64,000 nucleotides of DNA, taken from an uncultured Chloroflexia bacterium (lineage in GTDB: Bacteria; Chloroflexota; Dormibacteria; CF-121). The notes beneath the pieces were generated by a model, which was not told the DNA's origin, did not search any database, and saw nothing but the letters and a program-made list of their open reading frames with translations. The translations under genes were made by a program, and so were the position numbers. Where the stretch lies: assembly GCA_963795805.1 (NCBI GenBank), contig CAWCIV010000001.1:647896-711895 (forward strand). Direction: 5' to 3'. This document shows, piece after piece, positions 38,144 to 47,275 of this stretch; position 1 is the first letter of the stretch; each line of letters starts with the position of its first letter.

Positions 38144-38489
38144 GTAGAAGCCCTTCCACCATGGCGGTCAGCTCGAGGGCGCGGACCGGCTTGTTCAGGT
38201 AGTACCCGCACGTCAGGCCGGCGGTAGCGTCAGGCCCGGCCCACGGGGACCCGCTGAGCACTACGACGGGGATGCCGGGGTAGCGCTGCTCCAGCCATTG
38301 GCAGGACAGCGGGACGCTCGGGCGGTCGAAGTCGACGATCACGCAGCTGGGGCCGTCGAAGCCGGCGGGCAAGACGTCCCGATCAGCCGAAACGCGATGC
38401 CCGCGGCCCTCGAACAGGGAGGTGAGCGAGGCGCAAAGCATCGCGTCGGCCGAGTGAATGACAATGGTTCGCGTTGCGGTGGATCTCAT
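38136..38489 (-). CDS. single-domain response-regulator receiver protein
   Basis: It is trimmed to MRSTATRTIVIH (ATG comp. 37487-equivalent position 38487-38489). The receiver landmarks are a degenerate acidic pocket (HSAD), the phospho-acceptor region VIVDFD, VVVLSGS and the conserved YLNKP. Confidence 0.65.
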   Translation of the reverse strand: MRSTATRTIVIHSADAMLCASLTSLFEGRGHRVSADRDVLPAGFDGPSCVIVDFDRPSVPLSCQWLEQRYPGIPVVVLSGSPWAGPDATAGLTCGYYLNKPVRALELTAMVEGLLRE

Positions 38490-38543
38490 GGGCCCACTGT
38501 GCCCCGGAGGGGGTATCGCTCGGGGGCATTTCGCGCTTATCAT

Positions 38544-38572
38544 TAGACAAATCCTTAGACAGTGAGAGGACA
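38544..38572 (+). promoter_or_regulatory. three direct (T/A)(A/G)GACA repeats at 12/11-bp spacing, candidate MerR/CarH-type operator
   Basis: TAGACA is at 38544, TAGACA at 38556 and AGGACA at 38567. They sit in the only AT-rich patch of the divergent intergenic region, ending at the GAGAGGA Shine-Dalgarno of the B12-binding gene. Confidence 0.35.
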
Positions 38573-38577
38573 CTAAG

Positions 38578-39243
38578 TTGGGGAGGGCATTGCCGAAGGC
38601 CGTCAGCCGAACCCGCGGCGTTCGGGTCGGGCGCTTCATCGCGCTGCTCCGAGCGGGCGATAAGGCAGCCGCAGCGGCCTTCGTGCAGGAGGTCTTCGAG
38701 GAGACCAGCTCGAGGGTAGCGCTCTTTGCCGACCTGATTCATCCGGCGCAGTACGAGATCGGGGACCTCTGGTATCGGGGCGAGATCAGCATCGCGGATG
38801 AGCATCGAGCGACCGCGATCGTGGAGGCGATCACCTCGGCGCTGCCCCCAACGCCAGCGCCGGGGCGATCACCCCGAGGACCATGCGTGCTGGCGGCGGT
38901 CGGCGGCGAGCAACACGTGGTCGGCTTGCGGTTGCTGGCCGCCGCGCTCGAGGACGACGGCTGGACGGTCACGATGCTGGGCGGCCGTACCCCGACCTCG
39001 GGTCTGATGGAGGTCGTGAGAAAGGAGCGTCCGAAGTTCGTCGGGCTGTCAGCCGCCTACCTGCCCCAAACGGCATCGTTGAAGGCGGCGATCGAGGACA
39101 TCAAGAAGCTGCGGGTGCCGGTGCTGGTCGGCGGCCCTGCCTTCAACCGCAATGAATCTCTCTGGACCAGGGTTGGCGCCGATGGACATGGCGCTGACGT
39201 GCGGGTGGCCGTCGCTCTGGCGCAGCGGATCGCCGGCTCGTGA
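38578..39243 (+). CDS. standalone cobalamin (B12)-binding domain protein of the CarH/LitR photoreceptor type
   Basis: The four-helix-bundle motif W-x9-E-H is present as W65-YRGEISIAD-E75H76 (tgg at 38770-38772, gag cat at 38800-38805). The Rossmann-type B12 motif is GGEQHVVGLR...VGLSAAYL...VLVGGPAF. The start is TTG with a GAGAGGA Shine-Dalgarno. Confidence 0.75.
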   Translation: MGRALPKAVSRTRGVRVGRFIALLRAGDKAAAAAFVQEVFEETSSRVALFADLIHPAQYEIGDLWYRGEISIADEHRATAIVEAITSALPPTPAPGRSPRGPCVLAAVGGEQHVVGLRLLAAALEDDGWTVTMLGGRTPTSGLMEVVRKERPKFVGLSAAYLPQTASLKAAIEDIKKLRVPVLVGGPAFNRNESLWTRVGADGHGADVRVAVALAQRIAGS

Positions 39244-39914
39244 CCGAGCCGGCCGCGTTCTCGGTCAGCGAAGTCGGGTCGATGACGGGCCTGTCGACGC
39301 ACACGATCCGGGCCTGGGAGCGGCGACATGATGCCCTGCAGCCGAAGCGGTCGAAGAGCGGCCATCGCCAGTACACGGCGGACGATGTCGAATTCCTGAT
39401 TCGGGTGAAACAGCTGACCCGCGCCCGAGGACTCTCGCTCAAACTCGCGTTGATGGAAGCGCGCGGCATGCTGCCTGCATCAGAGGCGCCGACTGGTCCG
39501 GTCTATGCCGAAGCGCCGTCGCAGGACGGGCTCCGTGGTACGTGGCGATCGGTGGCGGACCTGCTCCCGTACCTGATCTTGATTGTGGATCCTCTGGGCG
39601 TGATCGTCGACGCCAGCATTCCCGTCGCGCGCGCGGTCGGGCGGCTCCGGCGCGACTTGCACGGAGTGCGGTTCACTGACCTGGTCGAGCCGCACGACCG
39701 AGCCAAGGCGGCGAGGGTTTACCGTGCGCCGCTCCAGCAACGGCGTGGCTGGGAGATCAACTTGAAGACGCGGTCATTGCGTGGACTGTTCTCATTCGAT
39801 TGCTGGCCAATTCGGCAGCAGGACCGATGGGTGATCGCCTGCGTCGGGCGCGACCTGAACGAGACCGGCTTCGAGTTGTGGCCCAGCGACGACCTCGGCC
39901 TATCGGCGACCTGA
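39240..39914 (+). CDS. MerR-family HTH regulator with a C-terminal PAS-like domain
   Basis: Its GTG overlaps the upstream TGA. The HTH is FSVSEVGSMTGLSTHTIRAWERRHDALQPKRSKSGHRQYTADDVEFLIRVKQLT. The ~110-aa C-terminus has a PAS-like pattern (LILIVDPLGVIVDAS...). Confidence 0.8.
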   Translation: MTEPAAFSVSEVGSMTGLSTHTIRAWERRHDALQPKRSKSGHRQYTADDVEFLIRVKQLTRARGLSLKLALMEARGMLPASEAPTGPVYAEAPSQDGLRGTWRSVADLLPYLILIVDPLGVIVDASIPVARAVGRLRRDLHGVRFTDLVEPHDRAKAARVYRAPLQQRRGWEINLKTRSLRGLFSFDCWPIRQQDRWVIACVGRDLNETGFELWPSDDLGLSAT

Positions 39915-39917
39915 ACG

Positions 39918-40289
39918 TCAGTCGCCGGTGGCGTTGACGTCGGCGCGCTCGATCATGAGGACGATCGTCTTCTCGGGCGCGAGCGGCCGGTGCTGGACGC
40001 CCATTGGCACGGTAAACGCCTGCATCGGGCCCAACTCGACCTTCTCGCCTTCGAGCTCGATGATCAGCTTGCCCTCCACGACGTAGAAGAACTCATCCTG
40101 CGTGTCGTGCTTATGCCAGTGAAATTCGCCCTGGAGGACGCCGAGCCGGACGACGGCATCATTGACCTGGCACAGGGTCTGGTTGAACCAGGGGTCGGTG
40201 GTGCCGGCGATGATCGGACCGAGGTCGATGCGCTGCATCGGTTGAAAGAGGGTCGTCGTGTTGATCGAGTACGCCTGTTTACCGGTCAT
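39918..40289 (-). CDS. cupin-domain protein
   Basis: GEFHWHKHDTQDEFFYVVEGKLIIELEG...FTVPMGVQHRP contains both cupin motifs. Confidence 0.75.
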   Translation of the reverse strand: MTGKQAYSINTTTLFQPMQRIDLGPIIAGTTDPWFNQTLCQVNDAVVRLGVLQGEFHWHKHDTQDEFFYVVEGKLIIELEGEKVELGPMQAFTVPMGVQHRPLAPEKTIVLMIERADVNATGD

Positions 40290-40306
40290 GCACCTACCCG
40301 ATCGCC

Positions 40307-42862
40307 TTACCGCTGGGCTGGGACCTTGTCGGCGGTGGCGTCGAGGGCACGGCCGCGCATGGCGCGCAGCATGTTGTCCTTGGCCTCGAGCAGCACGCGG
40401 CGAACCGGGCCCGGGATGTCCTTGCCCTGGAGATATCGGTCCGTAATCGCGACGGTCTCGTCGCCGACCACGATCGCCGGATACATGACTACCGCGAAGG
40501 ACAGGGCGATCTCGATGTCGCGGGACTCCCAGATTTTCGGAAGGGCGGCGAAATAGCGGGCGCTATAGGGCTCCAACAGGGCCCGCTGGTCGGGTCGGTG
40601 GAAGCCGCGCATGATGGCGCGCAGCGTCGCCAATGGGAGTTCGGCGTCCTCCGTGATCACCTTCCACGCCTCGGCCTTTGCCTCTGCCGTTGGCCGGGAG
40701 GCGCGCGCCGCTGCGGCGTACCGAGTGCCCTGATCGGTTGGGTCGCGCTTCAACTCAGCGGCGATCAGCGGCTCGTTCGCGGCATCGGCGCTCGCGAGGG
40801 CCATGACGATCGACCACCGCAGATCGGTATCGACCGCCAGCCCTGGGAAGACTTTGATCCCATCCAGGATGCCGGCGAGGACGGCAAGATGCTCTTCCGA
40901 GCCCGCGGAGCCGATGAAGGCATGCGCCCAGGAGAGCTGTAAGTCGCTGCCCGCCTCGGCGCCGTCGAGGGTGCGAAGCGCGTGCTCCGCCAGCGCCTGC
41001 TCCGCGAGCTTGACATTGCCGGGGTCGCCATAGACATGAATCGCCGACGAGGAGTAGGCGATCAGGTCCTGGACGATGCCGATGTCCGTCTCGCCATGGA
41101 TGTTGTTCAGGATGAGGCGGACGAATCGTCGCGCGGGCAGTTCGGCATCGCGAAGCATGTCCCACAGAGCGGCCCACGAGACGGCGCGTGCCAGTGGGTC
41201 GGTCAGCTTGGCCAAGTGGTCGGTCGCTGTCGCGAGTGAGCGCTCGTCGAAGCGGATCTTCGCGTAGGTCAAATCGCCGTCGTTGATCAGCAGGAAGTCA
41301 GGCTGCCTCTCTCCCGCGAGTTCCCGGACCGGGGTGCTTTCTCCGATGACGTCGAGTTCAACGCTACGACGTCGTTCCAGTTTCTCGCCCTTGAGGTCGT
41401 AGAGGCCGATCGCGAGCCGGTGCGAGCGGAGCGTCGGATGGTCGGCCGGCGCCTCCTGCTGGATATTGAGCGACGCGATCGTGTCGCCACGCGGCGTGAT
41501 CAACGGTCGTAGCGTGTTCAGGCCGGCCGTTTCCAGCCACTCCTCGGACCACGCCGAGAGGTTGCGGCCTGAGCCCGCCTCGATGTCGGCGAGAAACTCG
41601 GCGGTCGAGGCGTTCGAGTACTGGCGTTCCTTGACGTACTGCTGGACGCCCTTGAGAAACGTGTCCTGGCCAACCCAGGCAACCAGCTGGCGGAGCACGC
41701 AGGCGCCCTTGTTGTAGGTGATGGCGTCAAAGTTCAGACGGACGGAGGCGACATCCGGTATGTCTGCGGCGATCGGATGGGTGGTGGGGAGCTGGTCCTG
41801 GCGACGGGCGCCGGCCTTGTACTGGTTCGCGAATGTCACCCAGCCATTCTTGAACCGGGTCGCCTCCACCTGGGAGAAGACGGACATGAAGGTCGCGAAC
41901 GTCTCGTTCAGCCAGAGGTCATCCCACCAGCGCATGGTGACAAGGTCGCCGAACCACATGTGCGCCATTTCATGCAGGATGACGTTCGCTCGGTCCTCGC
42001 GCGCGGCCTCCGTGACCTTCGAGCGGTAGATGAACACCTCGCTGAAAGTGACGCAGCCGATGTTTTCCATCGCGCCGCTGCTGAATTCGGGGACGAAAAG
42101 CTGGTCGTACTTGTGAAAGGGATAGGGGTATTGGTAGGCAGTGCCATAGAAGTCGAGGCCCTGCTTGGTGATGGTGAAGAGTTCCTCGGGCTCGAGGTAC
42201 TGCGCCAGCGACTGGCGGCAGAAGATTCCGAGGTCGATGTCGCCGTGGCGGTCGCGGACGCCGTGGTAGGCACCGGCCACGATTGCCGTAAGGTACGAGG
42301 ACATCTTCGGCGAGGCCCCGAAAGTCCAGCGCTTGACGTTCTCGCGACCTGCCACCGGTTGCGCCTGGCCGGCGTTGTTCGAGATGACAACCCAGTCGGC
42401 AGGCGCGAAGACGGTGAAGTCAAATGTCGCTTTCAAATCGGGCTGGTCGAAGCAGGGGAACATCCGGTGCGCATCGAAGGGCTCGAACTGCGTGTGCAAG
42501 TAGACCTTCTGGTCGACCGGGTCGACGAAGCGGCAGAGGCCGGCGCCAACGTTCTCATAGGCACAGGTGCCGAGGACATGGAGCTCGTTCGCCTCTTTCA
42601 GGTTGGCGAGCTGGATGCGGGCGCCGTTGAAGGCTTCCTTGGGGACTTCCTCGCCATTCAGCTCGCAGCTGTCAAGGGAGGAGGCGAAGAAGTCGATGAA
42701 GGTGGATCCCCCGGCCTGGTCGCAGAGGAAGTGGATCATTGCGTCGCAGGTGAACGTCTTGTCACCGGTCGTGAAGTCGAGCGCGATCTCGTACAGGGGG
42801 CTGCGGATGAGGTCGGCGCGGCTCCGGGCCTCGTCGCGAGTCAGGTTATTGGCTTCGTTCAT
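40307..42862 (-). CDS. pepN: aminopeptidase N (M1 family)
   Basis: GAMEN is followed by HEMAHMWFGDLVTMRWWDDLWLNE (the HExxH-x18-E zinc site). Length is 851 aa. Confidence 0.9.
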   Translation of the reverse strand: MNEANNLTRDEARSRADLIRSPLYEIALDFTTGDKTFTCDAMIHFLCDQAGGSTFIDFFASSLDSCELNGEEVPKEAFNGARIQLANLKEANELHVLGTCAYENVGAGLCRFVDPVDQKVYLHTQFEPFDAHRMFPCFDQPDLKATFDFTVFAPADWVVISNNAGQAQPVAGRENVKRWTFGASPKMSSYLTAIVAGAYHGVRDRHGDIDLGIFCRQSLAQYLEPEELFTITKQGLDFYGTAYQYPYPFHKYDQLFVPEFSSGAMENIGCVTFSEVFIYRSKVTEAAREDRANVILHEMAHMWFGDLVTMRWWDDLWLNETFATFMSVFSQVEATRFKNGWVTFANQYKAGARRQDQLPTTHPIAADIPDVASVRLNFDAITYNKGACVLRQLVAWVGQDTFLKGVQQYVKERQYSNASTAEFLADIEAGSGRNLSAWSEEWLETAGLNTLRPLITPRGDTIASLNIQQEAPADHPTLRSHRLAIGLYDLKGEKLERRRSVELDVIGESTPVRELAGERQPDFLLINDGDLTYAKIRFDERSLATATDHLAKLTDPLARAVSWAALWDMLRDAELPARRFVRLILNNIHGETDIGIVQDLIAYSSSAIHVYGDPGNVKLAEQALAEHALRTLDGAEAGSDLQLSWAHAFIGSAGSEEHLAVLAGILDGIKVFPGLAVDTDLRWSIVMALASADAANEPLIAAELKRDPTDQGTRYAAAARASRPTAEAKAEAWKVITEDAELPLATLRAIMRGFHRPDQRALLEPYSARYFAALPKIWESRDIEIALSFAVVMYPAIVVGDETVAITDRYLQGKDIPGPVRRVLLEAKDNMLRAMRGRALDATADKVPAQR

Positions 42863-43030
42863 TCCCTAGTAATGTAGCGGGTGCCATGTCCGAGGCGGAG
42901 ATCGCGGTCGCGAGGTCAGGATTTGCCGAAGGCGACCGGGGCGAGCTCTGGTAGGGACCACTAGCCTTTACCCCTGACCAATCGAGCACGCGTCCCTGCC
43001 CCGCTGTATGCGCTCGGCGCGATCGCATCG

Positions 43031-43831
43031 GTGCAAGTTGGCGCAACCGTCGCGCGGCGTCTGTTCGAGTTTCTCGGGCCGAGTGGTACGGTCTTCCTCC
43101 GCGTGGCGTTCGGCGCGGTGATCCTGCTGGCCATCGCGCGCCCTGGCCGGCCGCGGCTTCACGGGACGCAGTGGCGGGCCATCGTGGTTTTTGGCCTGGT
43201 GGTCGCCGCGATGAATCTGATGTTCTACCAGGCGATTGCCCGCATCCCGCTGGGCATCGCGGTGACCATCGAATTCCTCGGTCCCCTGGCGGTGGCGATC
43301 ATCGGTTCGCGAAATGTCGTCGACTTCGTCTGGGCGGCGATGGCCGCGGTGGGCGTCGCGATCCTCTCGTTCGGCGGTGGAACGGTCACCCTGGTCGGTG
43401 TGCTCTTCGCCCTCGGAGCCGCTGTCGGCTGGGCCTGCTACATCCTGATGAGCCAGCGTGTCGGACGGTTGGTCCCGGGACCCAATGGGCTGGCGCTCGC
43501 GCTGGTGGTCGGCGGTCTCGCTCTGCTGCCGTTTGGGGTTGCTGGCGCCGGCAGCCGGTTGCTGGAACCACGCAACCTACTGATGAGCATCCTGGTCGCC
43601 ATCCTGTCGACCGCGATCCCGTTCTCCCTGGAGTTTGCCGCACTCAGACGCCTGTCAAGCCAAATCTTCGGAATCCTGATGAGCCTCGAGCCGGCCATGG
43701 GGGCGTTGGCGGGGTTTGTGTTCCTCGCGCAGCACCTGTCCGCTGGCGATTTGCTCGCGATCGTGCTGGTGATGGTCGCGAGCGCGGGGGCTACCCTGCG
43801 CTCTCGTCAGAAGGGACTGGCCCGATCGTGA
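43031..43831 (+). CDS. rhtA: EamA/DMT-family exporter, RhtA-like
   Basis: It is collinear with my recollection of E. coli RhtA (IPLGIAVTIEFLGPLAVAI...VDFVWA...GAAVGWACYIL...ILSTAIPFSLEFAALRRL...GILMSLEPA). The annotated GTG start truncates TM1. The frame stays open back to TAG 42962 with only a CTG (42974) available as an alternative start. Confidence 0.75.
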   Translation: MQVGATVARRLFEFLGPSGTVFLRVAFGAVILLAIARPGRPRLHGTQWRAIVVFGLVVAAMNLMFYQAIARIPLGIAVTIEFLGPLAVAIIGSRNVVDFVWAAMAAVGVAILSFGGGTVTLVGVLFALGAAVGWACYILMSQRVGRLVPGPNGLALALVVGGLALLPFGVAGAGSRLLEPRNLLMSILVAILSTAIPFSLEFAALRRLSSQIFGILMSLEPAMGALAGFVFLAQHLSAGDLLAIVLVMVASAGATLRSRQKGLARS

Positions 43832-44255
43832 CGTGGCCGCTTTGGTCGACATGCCAGCCCGGGTTCGTTGCTATCTCCCAGCGAAAGCCGGATGGGTCGG
43901 CAAAGTAGCAGTGGAAGCCGCCGAACGCAGCCGTTTGCGGTTCCTTGAGGATCGTGGCACCCGCGGCGCGGGCCAGCTCGCACACGGCACGGACGTCGTC
44001 CTCGGTTTGGAGGATCTGCGCGAGGCTCATCGGTGGATATCCCGCGGAGGCGGGCGCCTGGCGGTCTGAGCCGGCGTCTTTGGCCAGATCATCGGCGCCG
44101 AAAAGGCCGAGTAACAACCCGTGGTTGATCTGGATGAACACGACCTCCCTGCCCACCTCGAAGGACACGGGCCAGTGCAGTCCCTCGACGTAGAAACGAC
44201 GCGCGACCTCGAGGTCCGGGACGCCAAGGGTGATCAGATCGAGGCGCGGCTGCAT
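43791..44255 (-). CDS. VOC-family (glyoxalase/bleomycin-resistance fold) protein
   Basis: Motifs are LDLITLGVPDLEVARRFY and HCYFADPSGFRWEIATNPGW. Confidence 0.75.
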   Translation of the reverse strand: MQPRLDLITLGVPDLEVARRFYVEGLHWPVSFEVGREVVFIQINHGLLLGLFGADDLAKDAGSDRQAPASAGYPPMSLAQILQTEDDVRAVCELARAAGATILKEPQTAAFGGFHCYFADPSGFRWEIATNPGWHVDQSGHVTIGPVPSDESAG

Positions 44256-44263
44256 TGCCCTGG

Positions 44264-44710
44264 CTAGAGGTTACTAACTCGAATCGACACGCTCGCGTCG
44301 ATGCGGCAGCCGTTCTGGCCGAGTTGGATCGTGCCGCTGACCGGACAATAGCGGGTGTGCGCGAGGTTGACCGCCTTCTCGACCAGCGCCTGGTCAAACG
44401 GGCCGTCGCCGCCGACCAGGAACTCGAGATGGATCGCGGTGAAAGCCTTCGGCCAGGCATCCTGGCGTTGGCCGTGCGCCCGGATCTCGAGCGTGCGCAC
44501 CGGCTGGCGCATCTTCTGCAGCAGCGAGAGGGCGCTGATGCCCGAGCAGGCGGAGAGGGCACCGAGCAAGAGTTCGGCAGGATCCATGCCGGCATCCTCA
44601 CCGAGCGGTTTCGGTTCGTCGACAATGACCCGCTGGCCGCGCGGTCCGCTCGCGTCGAAGCGGACGCCGCTACCTGCCCACCGGGTGGTGACCACGGTGC
44701 TTTCGGCCAT
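44264..44710 (-). CDS. OsmC/Ohr-family peroxiredoxin-like protein
   Basis: PAELLLGALSACSGISA and HTRYCPVSGT are the two conserved Cys motifs of the OsmC family. Confidence 0.8.
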   Translation of the reverse strand: MAESTVVTTRWAGSGVRFDASGPRGQRVIVDEPKPLGEDAGMDPAELLLGALSACSGISALSLLQKMRQPVRTLEIRAHGQRQDAWPKAFTAIHLEFLVGGDGPFDQALVEKAVNLAHTRYCPVSGTIQLGQNGCRIDASVSIRVSNL

Positions 44711-44737
44711 CGCTCAACCATAGCGCTGAGCGCGGGT

Positions 44738-45526
44738 CTATTTGAGAAGCAGGCGGTTGAGCCGGGTCGTGGCGAGCCAGAGGGCGCCGATGCCCAAGGC
44801 GGCCAGGTAGGCGACATCCATCAGGACCCACGGGCCGATCCCGCCGGTGGTGAGGCTGCGAAGCAGGTCGATGCCGCGGTAAAGCGGCGTCAACTCGACC
44901 AGGACTCGGAGAGGGATGGGGTAGACGTCGACCGGATAGAACGTGCCAGAGAACAGAATCATGGGGAGCAGCAGCGTCAGGACGATGTCGAAGTCCTGCC
45001 ACTGACGAACGAAGGTCGTGACAGCCGTCCCAAGCGCGGAGAAGGCGAAACCGGTCAGGAGGGAGGCCGGCAGGGCGAGCACCGCCCAGGGGGACTTGAT
45101 CAGCCCGAGGGTAAGCATCACCAGCAGGAAGGTGAGTGCGTAGATATTTCCGCGCACCAGCGCCCAGGCCATCTCGCCGAGCGCGACGTCGAAAATGCTG
45201 AGCGGGGTCGCGAGGATTCCCTCATAGAGCTTCATGTACTTGAGCTTGTAAAAGAAGTTGAAGCCCGTCTCGTACAGCGCGCCGTTCATGGTCGAGGACG
45301 CCATCAAGCCGGGAGCGACGAAGGCGGCGTAGCTCAAGGGGTGCCCGTTCTCGCTCACGGTGCCGACGAATGCGCCGACGCCGAATCCGATCCCAAGGAG
45401 GTAGAAGAGAGGCTCGCCGAATCCGGAGGCGACCACGATCCAGGCCCGTCGATAGCGCGTGAGGTTGCGTTCGAGCAGCCGGGTGGCGGGCAACCGCGAA
45501 AGACGGGCGCCGGCAACTGCGCTCAT
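44738..45526 (-). CDS. ABC-2-type transporter permease
   Basis: ORF 44738..45958 is trimmed to MSAVAGARLSRLPATRLLERNLTRYRRAW (its ATG overlaps the upstream stop). It has 6 TMs. Confidence 0.75.
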   Translation of the reverse strand: MSAVAGARLSRLPATRLLERNLTRYRRAWIVVASGFGEPLFYLLGIGFGVGAFVGTVSENGHPLSYAAFVAPGLMASSTMNGALYETGFNFFYKLKYMKLYEGILATPLSIFDVALGEMAWALVRGNIYALTFLLVMLTLGLIKSPWAVLALPASLLTGFAFSALGTAVTTFVRQWQDFDIVLTLLLPMILFSGTFYPVDVYPIPLRVLVELTPLYRGIDLLRSLTTGGIGPWVLMDVAYLAALGIGALWLATTRLNRLLLK

Positions 45527-46293
45527 TGGGCCAGGCTGCGTTCGAACGTAAGCCGAGCAATCGCGATGCCTGCGACGGCATAGGTGACGAGGACCGCCAG
45601 GTGAAGCGCACTTGAACTCAGGGTCGCGGACCCGGAGGTCAGCGATCGAGCCAGCGTGACGCCATGGGCGAGCGGTGTTAGCCAGGCAACATCTTGGACG
45701 ACAACCGGCAGGCGATCGAGCGGAAAAAACGTGCCGCCGAGGATGAAGAGAGGGGTGACAACAAACCGACCGATCACTGCGAATCCCATGTCGGTGCGTT
45801 GTGCCGCTGAAAAGGCAAGCATCGGTACGCCGAAGGCGAGGCCGTTCAAGACGCCGACCAGGATGGCAAGCGGCGCCAGGGTGGAATGCACCGTACTGAA
45901 AAGGGTCATTACCAGAAAAAAGATAGCTGCCACCGTCGTCAGTCGGATGATGAGCCATCCAATCTCACCTGCCAGCAGGTCGCGAACGCGAAGTGGTGTT
46001 GCCAGCATGCCGTCGTAGGTATGCAGCCAGCGGCTCTTGCCCAGGATGGGATAGGCCATCTCACTGAAAGCGGTCTGCATGGTTGCGGCTGAGAGGACGC
46101 CAGGTGCGACGAACGCCAGGTAGGAAAGGCCGCCGACCGAACGGGTCGGGCCATGCGCGATCAGACTGCCGATGCCGACTCCCATCGCGGTGAGAAAGAG
46201 CAGCGGCGACACGAAGGAGACGAAGATGGATCCGCGCCAGGCGCGGCGATAGACGATGGCGTTGTGCTCGAGGACGCGCAGGGCTCCGTTCAT
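45523..46293 (-). CDS. ABC-2-type transporter permease
   Basis: LRVLEHNAIVYRRAWRGSIFVSFVSPLLFL is followed by 6 TMs. It is a paralog of the downstream permease. Confidence 0.75.
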   Translation of the reverse strand: MNGALRVLEHNAIVYRRAWRGSIFVSFVSPLLFLTAMGVGIGSLIAHGPTRSVGGLSYLAFVAPGVLSAATMQTAFSEMAYPILGKSRWLHTYDGMLATPLRVRDLLAGEIGWLIIRLTTVAAIFFLVMTLFSTVHSTLAPLAILVGVLNGLAFGVPMLAFSAAQRTDMGFAVIGRFVVTPLFILGGTFFPLDRLPVVVQDVAWLTPLAHGVTLARSLTSGSATLSSSALHLAVLVTYAVAGIAIARLTFERSLAQ

Positions 46294-46299
46294 TCAGGG

Positions 46300-47241
<942 letters not shown>

Positions 47242-47275
47242 GAACTCGATAGTACGGGCCGCCGCCCAGCGGGAG

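Noticed and set aside
44255-45583. 442-aa plus-strand ORF across the OsmC and ABC-2 permease genes
   Set aside because: It is Arg/Glu/Gly/Asp-rich without motifs. The opposite strand encodes recognisable OsmC and 6-TM permease proteins.
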